Shown here piece by piece: positions 53,695 through 62,501 of a stretch of DNA of 64,000 nucleotides (within the stretch, counting starts at the first letter, position 1; the number at the start of each line of letters is the position of its first letter). This DNA is from Carpediemonas membranifera BICM. Lineage: Eukaryota; Protista; Fornicata. Below the pieces are notes generated by a model. The model made no database searches and was not told where the DNA came from. It saw nothing but the letters and a program-made list of their open reading frames with translations. Where the stretch lies: the NCBI GenBank assembly GCA_019828565.1, contig JAHDYR010000034.1, positions 1-64,000 on the forward strand, written 5' to 3'. The position numbers and the translations under genes are program-made.

Positions 53695-55047
53695 TTAGTA
53701 CTCGAACTCCTCTTCCTGCTCCTCCTCGGCAGTGTCGGCGCCGATCTCCTCGTAATCCTTCTCGAGGGCAGCGATATCCTCACGGGCCTCAGAGAACTCA
53801 CCCTCCTCCATACCCTCACCGACGTACCAGTGGACGAAGGCACGCTTGGCGTACATGAGGTCGAACTTGTGGTCCATGCGGGACCAGACCTCAGCGATGG
53901 CGGTGGTGTTGGAGATCATCAAGCAAGAGCGCTGGACCTTGGCGAGGTCGCCGCCGGGGACGACGGTGGGAGGCTGGTAGTTGATGCCAACCTTGAAGCC
54001 AGTGGGGCACCAGTCAACGAACTGGATGGTGCGCTTGGTCTTGATGGTAGCGATGGAGGCGTTGACGTCCTTGGGGACGACATCACCGCGGTACATGAGA
54101 CAGCAGGCCATGTACTTGCCGTGGCGGGGATCGCACTTGACCATGGAGTTAGCGGGCTCGAATACAGCGTTGGTGAGCTCGGAAACGGAGAGCTGCTCGT
54201 GGTAGGCCTTCTCAGCAGAGATGATGGGGCTGTAGGAGCAGAGGGGGAAGTGGATACGGGGGTAGGGGACAAGGTTGGTCTGGAACTCAGTGAGATCAAC
54301 GTTGAGGGCACCGTCGAAACGGAGGGAGGCGGTGATCGAGGAGATGCACTGGGCGATCAGGCGGTTGAGGTTGGTGTAGGTGGGGCGATCGATGTCAAGG
54401 TTGCGGCGGCAGATGTCGTACATGGCCTCGTTGTCAACCATGAAGGCGCAGTCGGAGTGCTCGAGCATGGAGTGAGCGGCGAGGACGGTGTTGTAGGGCT
54501 CGACAACAGCGGTAGCGACCTGGGGGGAGGGGTAGACAGCGAACTCGAGCTTGGACTTCTTGCCGTAGTCGACAGAGAGGCGCTCGAGGAGGAGGGAGCC
54601 GAAGCCAGAGCCAGTGCCACCACCGAAGGAGTGGAAGATCAGGAAGCCCTGGAGGCCAGTGCAGTTGTCAGCGAGCTTACGGATGCGGTCGAGGACGAGG
54701 TCGACGAGCTCCTTGCCGATGGTGTAGTGGCCACGAGCGTAGTTGTTGGCAGCATCCTCCTTGCCGGAGATGAGCTGCTCGGGGTGGAACAGCTGGCGGT
54801 AGACGCCAGAGCGGACCTCATCGACAACGGTGGGCTCGAGATCGACGAAGACGGCGCGGGGGACGTGCTTGCCGGCACCAGTCTCAGAGAAGAAGGTGTT
54901 AAAGGCGTCGTCGCCGCCACCGATGGTCTTGTCAGAGGGCATCTGGCCGTCGGGCTGGATGCCGTGCTCGAGGCAGTAGAGCTCCCAGCAGGAGTTACCG
55001 ATCTGAACACCGGCCTGACCAATGTGGATAGAGATGCATTCACGCAT
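53695..55047 (-). CDS. TUBA: Alpha-tubulin, copy 2 (protein identical to copy 1)
   Basis: Same translation; one synonymous difference noticed. Confidence 0.99.
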   Translation of the reverse strand: MRECISIHIGQAGVQIGNSCWELYCLEHGIQPDGQMPSDKTIGGGDDAFNTFFSETGAGKHVPRAVFVDLEPTVVDEVRSGVYRQLFHPEQLISGKEDAANNYARGHYTIGKELVDLVLDRIRKLADNCTGLQGFLIFHSFGGGTGSGFGSLLLERLSVDYGKKSKLEFAVYPSPQVATAVVEPYNTVLAAHSMLEHSDCAFMVDNEAMYDICRRNLDIDRPTYTNLNRLIAQCISSITASLRFDGALNVDLTEFQTNLVPYPRIHFPLCSYSPIISAEKAYHEQLSVSELTNAVFEPANSMVKCDPRHGKYMACCLMYRGDVVPKDVNASIATIKTKRTIQFVDWCPTGFKVGINYQPPTVVPGGDLAKVQRSCLMISNTTAIAEVWSRMDHKFDLMYAKRAFVHWYVGEGMEEGEFSEAREDIAALEKDYEEIGADTAEEEQEEEFEY

Positions 55048-55371
55048 TTTGACTGTGTGAGGGAGGATTGCGCCGACGGCAAGATTTCGGGCCAAAAATT
55101 CCGCTGCTTGAAGCGCCAGGCCGCGCTGGCGAGGAGCTATGGGGGCGCGGAATGCTCTGGCACCGGTTTCTGCCTCGGTGGGCGCTCGGAGACGAACATT
55201 GAAGCTTTCACGAAGAAGTGAGCGTGACTTCGACACAATGTGTCGTTGAGTCGAATCCGCGAATTGTTCTCGCCCCCCACGGGAAAACAAACTGCAGCAG
55301 GCCCGGAAATGCAGCCGCCGGTCCCAGGCGGCGTTTCGCGCAAAATGACGGTATTTATCTTAAGTTGTCTC

Positions 55372-55679
55372 TCATGCGTCAGCCTGCGGGCTCGTCGGCA
55401 GCGGGATTTGCGGTGGCGTTGTGAGGTCATAGATCGGCAGGATGCGGTCCTGGAAGGCGGGGAACTTTTCGAAGCCCTTCGCCTCGGGCGAGTACAGCGT
55501 CGAGGCGAACATGACGCCGATGATCATGACGCTGGTCGACACTGCGATCGCCAGGAGAATGAGCAGGGCGAACGCTGGGATCGCGAAGAGCACGACGAAG
55601 AAAACGCCGGCACCGACAAGCAGCGCGACACTGAGAACCGTCTTCACGGAGGTTGCAACGGAGCCCTCTGCGAGTGTAG
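55372..55679 (-). pseudogene. 5'-truncated copy of the small membrane protein gene
   Basis: Identical to 38536-38843 but lacks most of the signal-peptide codons. Confidence 0.8.
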
Positions 55680-55782
55680 ATCTAGGGGAGTATGGTCCGC
55701 CGTAGCAAGCCACCTACAGCCTCTTGTCGACCGCGGCAATTCGACTGTGCAGGTTAGCCGCAATACGACCTGCGTGCACGAA

Positions 55783-57429
55783 ATGCCGAATGAGCAGAGT
55801 GCTGTGAATACGGACTCATGTGTAATAGAGAACACGTCAATCAAGACCTTTGGAACGGAAGTTCCTGTTTCCGGACGCTTATCTATCGAGAAACTTGGAA
55901 ATGGACTGTGGCACTTCATTTGGGACAGCTACACAGTCATCAACTCGAAGAACGTTGACAAGATCTACGATGACGAGGCTGAGTTCGACAAGGACCTGTC
56001 CTTCTCGATCCCCTTCTCCCAGATCAAGCGACTGATGCGAAGAATGCCCGTCAACGCCAAGAGCTTCCTGGTGCTGACTCTCACAAACCCCCTGGTCATG
56101 TACGGTCGCACAGTGGGCCCTGTCTATTTCGACGACGGTGGGCTGCCCGAGCTGTTCCGCTTCCTAATCAACCTCAACGCCATCCAGCTGCTGAGCCCCG
56201 ACATGTTCATACTGACGCAGACAGACGCCGCACCGGCCCGTACCCCGGACCCCCTGGCGTCTATATACAAGGATGTCCCCGCCAAGCCTGCAAACCTCCC
56301 GAACCGGCCGAAGAAGGAGCCGTACTACCGGCTGGTGCGCCGTATCAGCCCCCAGAAGTTCACGGAAGACGAGCTGAAGCAGATGGCGATCGAGGAGAGC
56401 ATGGACGGCAGCCGGGTGACGACGGCGTTCATCGAGAGCAACCTCATGGACTCCCGCGGCGTCGTCGCCTTCGAGGAGCTTCGGGCGAACCTCAGACACC
56501 GCAGCTCCGCCCCGGACGCGACGGCGTTCAGTCTAGAGATGCTTCTGGGCATCTTCCCCAAGGACAGCACGGCGGCAGACAGGGAGGACATCCGGGGGAC
56601 GGACAAGTGCCGCTACCTGCGGTACAAGCAGCAGGTGCTCTCATTCGACCCCGAGCAGCTCAAGAACTTCAGCACACTGGAGGAACACATGCAACGGGTG
56701 GAGAAGGACGCCGTCCGGGCCGACCGGGACAACGAGTTCTACGCCGACCAGCCGGACACGCCCGAGATCCTCATCGGGGGCATGCGGTGCCACAACCCGA
56801 ACATCCTGAAGGTGTACCACATCGTATGCGCCCATCTGATGCTCAACATGGACCTGGGGTACGCCCAGGGCATGACGGACTTCATCACGCCAGTCCTGGA
56901 GCTCACAGACGGCGACGAGGCCCGCACCTTCTGGATATTCGCGGCTCTCATGCGGCGGTACGGCGACAACTTCGGGCTGGGTGAGCGGAACACGATCCAG
57001 CGTCGCCTCGAGGAAGTGTGGCGACTGACGGCCATAGTCCATCCTGAGCTGGCGGCCGTGTTGCGGGACCGGGACTGCAAGGCGCTGTACTTCTCGTACC
57101 GCTGGCTGCTGCTGCTGTTCAAGCGGGAGATGGCGGACTACAGGTCCGTGCTCCGGCTGTGGGAGGTCGTGCTGTCGTGCCGCGAGACCCAGCACTTCGA
57201 CATCGTCATGGCCGTGGCGCACATCAACTCGTGTCTTCACGACTATGTCGCCCAGGTGACGTCCCCGGACGAGGTCACGGACGAGTATCTGCTGCAGGCC
57301 TCCTCGTCCTGGCCCACCATCGACGTCAGGGAGCTGGCGTTCAATGCGAACATGATTCTGGCGACCATCCACGACAGCCTCAACGAAGACTTCCTCGCAC
57401 CCCGCAAGCGCAGGATCGGCGATAGATAA
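55783..57429 (+). CDS. TBC-domain RabGAP, TBC1D15/Gyp7-like
   Basis: VEKDAVRADR (R finger), GYAQGMTD (Q finger), YFSYRWLLLLFKRE; PH-like N-terminus. Start uncertain. Confidence 0.9.
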   Translation: MPNEQSAVNTDSCVIENTSIKTFGTEVPVSGRLSIEKLGNGLWHFIWDSYTVINSKNVDKIYDDEAEFDKDLSFSIPFSQIKRLMRRMPVNAKSFLVLTLTNPLVMYGRTVGPVYFDDGGLPELFRFLINLNAIQLLSPDMFILTQTDAAPARTPDPLASIYKDVPAKPANLPNRPKKEPYYRLVRRISPQKFTEDELKQMAIEESMDGSRVTTAFIESNLMDSRGVVAFEELRANLRHRSSAPDATAFSLEMLLGIFPKDSTAADREDIRGTDKCRYLRYKQQVLSFDPEQLKNFSTLEEHMQRVEKDAVRADRDNEFYADQPDTPEILIGGMRCHNPNILKVYHIVCAHLMLNMDLGYAQGMTDFITPVLELTDGDEARTFWIFAALMRRYGDNFGLGERNTIQRRLEEVWRLTAIVHPELAAVLRDRDCKALYFSYRWLLLLFKREMADYRSVLRLWEVVLSCRETQHFDIVMAVAHINSCLHDYVAQVTSPDEVTDEYLLQASSSWPTIDVRELAFNANMILATIHDSLNEDFLAPRKRRIGDR

Positions 57430-57570
57430 AGTAGTAATGCAGCTGACCTTGTCCCGCTGCTGGGCAGGGCTCGCGACAGGGGTCCGACCCAGTCTGCGGT
57501 AGTTGTGGGTCCCTCGCCTCCCGGGGTACGTATCTGTGCTCGAGAGCGCCATCGTCCTGCGGCCACGTTC

Positions 57571-57888
57571 ATGTCCCACTCTCGCAGGCTCCTGATGCGC
57601 ACCCTCCAGACGCCAACCGAGGATCGGTCGGCAGTTCCATGCCGGAGCGTAACGTCCTCGGGAAAGGTCGAGGTCGAGGCCAGCGTGGTTGAAACCACCG
57701 ACCGCGCCGAGCTGTCCAAGGCCCTGAATGAGTGCATCAAGCTTTCCAAGAAAACTCAGCGCAAGTTGACCCGTCTGAACGACGGCGATGAGGAGCTGCG
57801 GAACAGCCTGAGGAAGACAACCCGGGACACCAGAGCCGATGTGGGGGTCATCAAGGTCTCCAGCAGCTCAGTGTTACGCAGTATATAG
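57571..57888 (+). CDS. Hypothetical small protein
   Basis: ATG-started ORF with helical C-half; no family recognised. Confidence 0.35.
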   Translation: MSHSRRLLMRTLQTPTEDRSAVPCRSVTSSGKVEVEASVVETTDRAELSKALNECIKLSKKTQRKLTRLNDGDEELRNSLRKTTRDTRADVGVIKVSSSSVLRSI

Positions 57889-57917
57889 CGCATTGTTCGA
57901 CCCTTCAGTAGCACGGA

Positions 57918-58604
57918 TCATTGTCGTCGTAAACTCAATTTATACACGCTCACGTAAACATCAGCAAAACCGCGCCCCGCGCGGCATGAGGTGACTTGTT
58001 GTCTGGTTAGATGGCCGCCGAAGCAGCCCTCACCTGGCCCCGGTAGACGTTGAAGATTGTGCCGCAGGATAAGAATACTTGAGTCCAGTCTGCGGAGCTT
58101 GGTGATGTCGCCGTGATCACGCTCGTATCTATCAACCTGCTCAGTGGTCAAATTCTTAGTTGCTGACCAATTCACGTGCACACGGAGGCGCCGCTTCATG
58201 GCTGGGGTGAGCACTGTCACTCCGCGATCGATGGTCATGAACCCAGGCCTGACCGGTGCCATCGGCACGAACGGAATGAGCTTCGGCTCTGGCAGGGCCT
58301 CCCTCCACATCGCCAGGTCGCCAATCCACCTGCACCGATCCGCTGCCTTTGCCTTCGACACCTTTTGCTGAGCAATGCTGACGATCTGCTTGAGGACCTC
58401 CTCGTCGAACAGGTTGACCGTCCTCGGTGGGGTCAACGCGTGCGCAGATGCAGAGACGCACGCAAGCAGGCAAGTGAATGTGTACTTAGCCTGCGTGAAA
58501 GAACGCATGCCCGGTTCAAGATTTCCTCGCCGCGGCGCGTTGTTATCGCCTCCGTTAATCTCGCCAATGGCCTTGTTAACGGAAGCCTTCACCTTGGAAG
58601 GCAT
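57918..58604 (-). CDS. Hypothetical protein, 228 aa (may contain unrecognised introns)
   Basis: ATG-started ORF; no family recognised. Confidence 0.45.
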   Translation of the reverse strand: MPSKVKASVNKAIGEINGGDNNAPRRGNLEPGMRSFTQAKYTFTCLLACVSASAHALTPPRTVNLFDEEVLKQIVSIAQQKVSKAKAADRCRWIGDLAMWREALPEPKLIPFVPMAPVRPGFMTIDRGVTVLTPAMKRRLRVHVNWSATKNLTTEQVDRYERDHGDITKLRRLDSSILILRHNLQRLPGPGEGCFGGHLTRQQVTSCRAGRGFADVYVSVYKLSLRRQ

Positions 58605-59042
58605 TGGAGTCTATTGAGCTGCATGCATCGATCATTTCTTTTCAGGGTTCATCAGCTAGCAGCATCCCTCAAAACACAAGAAACCAGCATCATACAACAT
58701 AAAGCGTCTTTACTACTAGTTACAACCGCTTTCCACCACTGGTGTCTCTCACAACAGACGAAGATGACGAAGACGACGACGACATGAGCTTCAGACGCCG
58801 GCAATGGACGGCAGATGAGCGCGTAACAGACGAGCACAGACGCGAAAGAAGACAGCAGCGTTCGACACAGACGCTGGACGACAGACGACGCATCTTTTCG
58901 TGCAGACCGGCGACTGAAAGCACGACAGACCGATGACACAGACGAGGGCTGAAGTGGGTGAGTGGAGGTAGTGTGCCGTGAGTCTATACCACAAAGATGG
59001 TGTCGTAAACTGCGGTCTCACAAACACGGCCGGCGCAACGGC

Positions 59043-59531
59043 ATGAATCAAGATCCTCCGCCAGTGAACGTTGCTCAACTGAAATCAAGCGAGGAGATCT
59101 TCAACTTCTTTGACACGGACCACAGTGGAACTGTGAATGCCCGTGATCTTGAGCGTGTGTTCAGCATTCTCGGTGTTGACCTTTCTTCGAAGGAAGCTCA
59201 GTCGATTATAACCGAACTGGATATGGATAAGTCGGGCAAGATAGACTTTATTGAGTTCTCAACAGTGCTGGGTTCCATCGACGCCATCGATCAGGACGCC
59301 GTCCTCAACGACTGCTTCTCCCTCCTGGCTGGCGACTCGGGCACTGTGTCACTGCGGTCGCTGTTCTCTGTGCTCAAGTCCCTCGGCTTCACCAGCAACT
59401 ACGACGACATGCTGCTGTTCGTGTCCCAGGTCTCCGACGTCGCCCTTGCTCAGAGGAAGGGGCAGATTGTTGTCGACAGGAAGCAGTTCGCCGCCCTGGT
59501 CCGCCTGGCTTACAGTCAGATCGGCAGCTGA
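59043..59531 (+). CDS. Centrin/calmodulin-like EF-hand protein
   Basis: FDTDHSGTVNARDL and LDMDKSGKIDFIEF; C-lobe EF hands degenerate. Confidence 0.9.
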   Translation: MNQDPPPVNVAQLKSSEEIFNFFDTDHSGTVNARDLERVFSILGVDLSSKEAQSIITELDMDKSGKIDFIEFSTVLGSIDAIDQDAVLNDCFSLLAGDSGTVSLRSLFSVLKSLGFTSNYDDMLLFVSQVSDVALAQRKGQIVVDRKQFAALVRLAYSQIGS

Positions 59532-59692
59532 GCCAGCTGGGTGCTCACACCGGAACAACTGGAATGGTGGCCCTGCAACGCATACGCCATGCCCGTCTCT
59601 GGCCTCTGGGATGATCGCGCGCTTGACTCCTCGATCCACTTGCCCGCAGTTTAAATCTCGATTTGACGACAGCCTTTTCCCCTGGATTGGAA

Positions 59693-60328
59693 ATGTCGCA
59701 CCAACCGGACTTAGGGCTGAATGTCCCCGATATTGATCCAAAAGGAGTAATATTCCCAGCAAAGGGGCCGCATCAAGGTTCGACGGACTCTCCATTCGTC
59801 GATGAGGACGTGGCAACAATTCCGCCAGTCCTTCCGCCAGACGGAGACGGACAACCGTCTGTATTGTCCCCGATACCAAAGATGCCCGCCATAGGAAAGG
59901 CTAGGATATCCAAGAGGAAGGCGGCCGGCCGGCGCGGTGCTGCATTCTCGACGTTCCAAACGTCTGTGTTGGTGCACTGCTTCAAGAAGTCTCAGTATCC
60001 CCGCCGGGAGGAGTTTGAGAATATTGCCCGCTTTGTCGGCCTCGAGGCGGACCGGGTGCGGGGCTGGTTCCAGAACTCCCGAACACGTGGCGTCCCCGCT
60101 AAGGCCAAGGTAGACGACATCGCCGTCCCCGCAGAGGCCATCATGGACGGGCTGGCGAGTCGGGGGGCCCAGCTGATGCCCCCGCCCGGCCCCTCCACCG
60201 TGGGGATCCCGATGGTCCCGCCCGTGGCGCGGATTGACGAGGCGTCTCAGTGCGACATAGTGCCTAGTGCGATACAGACGCTGTACCTGCAGGGGGCGTT
60301 TGATGAGGTGCTGCGGCGGGATGAGTAG
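59693..60328 (+). CDS. Homeodomain protein
   Basis: RRGAAFSTFQTSVL..CF....YP...E...IA...GL....VRGWFQNSR. Confidence 0.88.
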   Translation: MSHQPDLGLNVPDIDPKGVIFPAKGPHQGSTDSPFVDEDVATIPPVLPPDGDGQPSVLSPIPKMPAIGKARISKRKAAGRRGAAFSTFQTSVLVHCFKKSQYPRREEFENIARFVGLEADRVRGWFQNSRTRGVPAKAKVDDIAVPAEAIMDGLASRGAQLMPPPGPSTVGIPMVPPVARIDEASQCDIVPSAIQTLYLQGAFDEVLRRDE

Positions 60329-60500
60329 ACGCGTTTAGGGCATTAAAGCCATCATATACTGTGACCTCATACTGTGACGAGACAAGCGACCAGACTGTCG
60401 GCGCCGGGTTCCCGGGTGTCCGGTGCTTCTATTTTTCCCTGGTGCACTGCATTCATCCTCCGAAGTACCAGGTCCGCAGATCAAAACCACTGACCGAGCC

Positions 60501-61421
60501 ATGGTGGCCTTCATTGAGCCAGACGGATCCATAGTTCATCAACAGAGGAGTAGTAACACGAATGAAGAGAATACTCGCCGCGACAATGCGCCGACGAACG
60601 AGAGCCACGAGCCTGGCTCTGACGGGCCGTTGATCTCGAATCTGTCCGACGATACAACAGAGCAAGACGATGAGAGCCGTGATAACGCCAACAGAAACGA
60701 TCCTGCCGTTCACCGAACGCCGCCGTCATTGAACCGCCCGCCCGTGTCACGCATCACACAGTCCGCAGGCCCGGCCCAGTCGAGCAGGGCCCCGTTTGAC
60801 AAACTGCGCGCCTTCTTCGCCCGAGCGGTTACGGAGACGACAGCGGCCATTCTCCAGGCAGACGGCAGCCTCGCCTTCCTGGCTGCTGACTGCGACGGAA
60901 CTCCGCGGCCCCCGACGCCGCCCGTCTCCCGTTTCCTTTGCGACGATGACCCGGGTGATACTTTGATCGGCAGTCCGGCGAGAAGGGTTGGGTTCAGCGA
61001 GACCCTCCCGCGGAGAGCAGCCGACGGCGTGGCCACGACTTCCGCCCCGAATTGCGGGCCATACCGCAGCCCCTGCGTGGACGCATACTTGGCCAACAGG
61101 GTAGCGTACAGCCGAGTCATGAACCTCACCGCCTGGATCGGCCCGATGTGCCGCCAGACCGGGCTGGGGGTCGACGCGGCGATCCTTCGCCGGGTGCTGG
61201 GGCAGCTAGCCTTTACCATGGGTCCCGGGCCGACTGCTGAGTTCACCGCCGGCACATGGAGCGCCATGGCGGCCGTGTTGTGTCTCGTGCTGGCGGACTC
61301 CGCGGTCCACGAGACGGCGGGCATTGTGGTCGGGCCCCATGAGCGGTCCGAGCTCTTGGCGATGGCGGGCATCAGCAGTCGGCAGTATGGTCTCCTGCTG
61401 GACCTGTTCCAACCTGGGTAG
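60501..61421 (+). CDS. Hypothetical protein; C-half resembles the RPAP2 C-terminal region
   Basis: LGQLAFTM...TWSAMAAVLCLVL...AGISSRQYGLLLDLF; similarity is from memory only. Confidence 0.45.
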   Translation: MVAFIEPDGSIVHQQRSSNTNEENTRRDNAPTNESHEPGSDGPLISNLSDDTTEQDDESRDNANRNDPAVHRTPPSLNRPPVSRITQSAGPAQSSRAPFDKLRAFFARAVTETTAAILQADGSLAFLAADCDGTPRPPTPPVSRFLCDDDPGDTLIGSPARRVGFSETLPRRAADGVATTSAPNCGPYRSPCVDAYLANRVAYSRVMNLTAWIGPMCRQTGLGVDAAILRRVLGQLAFTMGPGPTAEFTAGTWSAMAAVLCLVLADSAVHETAGIVVGPHERSELLAMAGISSRQYGLLLDLFQPG

Positions 61422-61563
61422 TGTACAGCGGGGTGGGTACGAAGCCGGGTCGATGGAGCAGGGGAGCATCGGCGGATAGATCAGGCCTGGCCGATGGGTA
61501 CATAACCTGGCATGTATGCGAGTAAAGTGGATAGCATCATTAACGCCACGATCGAACCATCTC

Positions 61564-62223
61564 ATGTCAGACTTTAAGCTGGTCTTCTTAGGAGCAACAT
61601 CCGTTGGCAAAACAGTACGTTACCATTCCCACGTCTATTACTGAGACGCTGTTCCAGCGCTACACCAAGGGCTTCGTCTCTTCAACAACAACGAGCGTTG
61701 GAGCCAGTTTTGGTGTCAGGAAAGTCACCTGCGACGACAAAACGGTTGTTTCCCTTGGCCTGTGGGACACCGCGGGCATGGAGGTTTGTATCGGCACGGT
61801 CCTCTCACGCAGCGCTTCGAGGCGATCAGTAGGAACTATTACCGCGGGTCCGACGCCACGCTCGTACTATATGACGTCACAGACCCTGCCAGCTGGACTA
61901 AGGCGATGCAGTGGGCCGCCGAGGTGTCCGAGAGCCAGAAGTCTATCCAGATTGCCCTCATTGGGAACAAGCTCGACGCCCTGAAGAACCCTCGCGACGC
62001 GTACCCCTCCCATAAGGCGATCGAGAAGGCAGCGTCGCAGTACGGCGCCAAGGTCTACCAGATCTCTGCCAAGGAGGGCACCGGCACCGATGAGCTGTTC
62101 AAGGACCTCGCCCGCGTTCTCATGGAGCGCCGCGCGAAGGCAGTCAGCAGCCCGGCCCCCGCCGCGGTCCAGCTGAAGGGGGAGGCGGCGGGGAAGGGTT
62201 CCTCGCAGGGCTGTCCGTGCTAG
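61564..62223 (+). CDS. Rab GTPase (Rab24-like); introns 61615-61645 (31 nt) and 61784-61812 (29 nt)
   Basis: Spliced product has GATSVGKT, WDTAGMERFEAISRNYYRG, GNKLD, ISAK, C-terminal CPC. Confidence 0.9.
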
Positions 62224-62501
62224 ACTGGGCGGGTCATATTATTGTAAAGTAGCCTTATTGGCAGGGCTAAAATTGCAGATCGGACGCATCCGGCGCTTCT
62301 GGGCGTGTGAGGAACTCAACGGACGCTTTTGTATCTCAGGATCGTATTATTTGCAACCGGATCGCAGCCCACAATTGAACTCAAAATAGCGCTGAACCTT
62401 GCAGTTACAGTACCAGCGTCAGGTACACTACTACTACAGTCGGCTGTATCGGCTGACTAAACTGCACCTTGAACTTTCGACGAACACCGAGCAAACGAAA
62501 T

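Larger units (their letters stand above)
51969..55679. repeat. Right arm of 3.7-kb inverted duplication
   Basis: Reverse complement of 38536-42244. Confidence 0.97.

Noticed and set aside
55240-55679. Long N-terminal extension of the TBC ORF
   Set aside because: It is read-through of the antisense strand of the duplicated arm.
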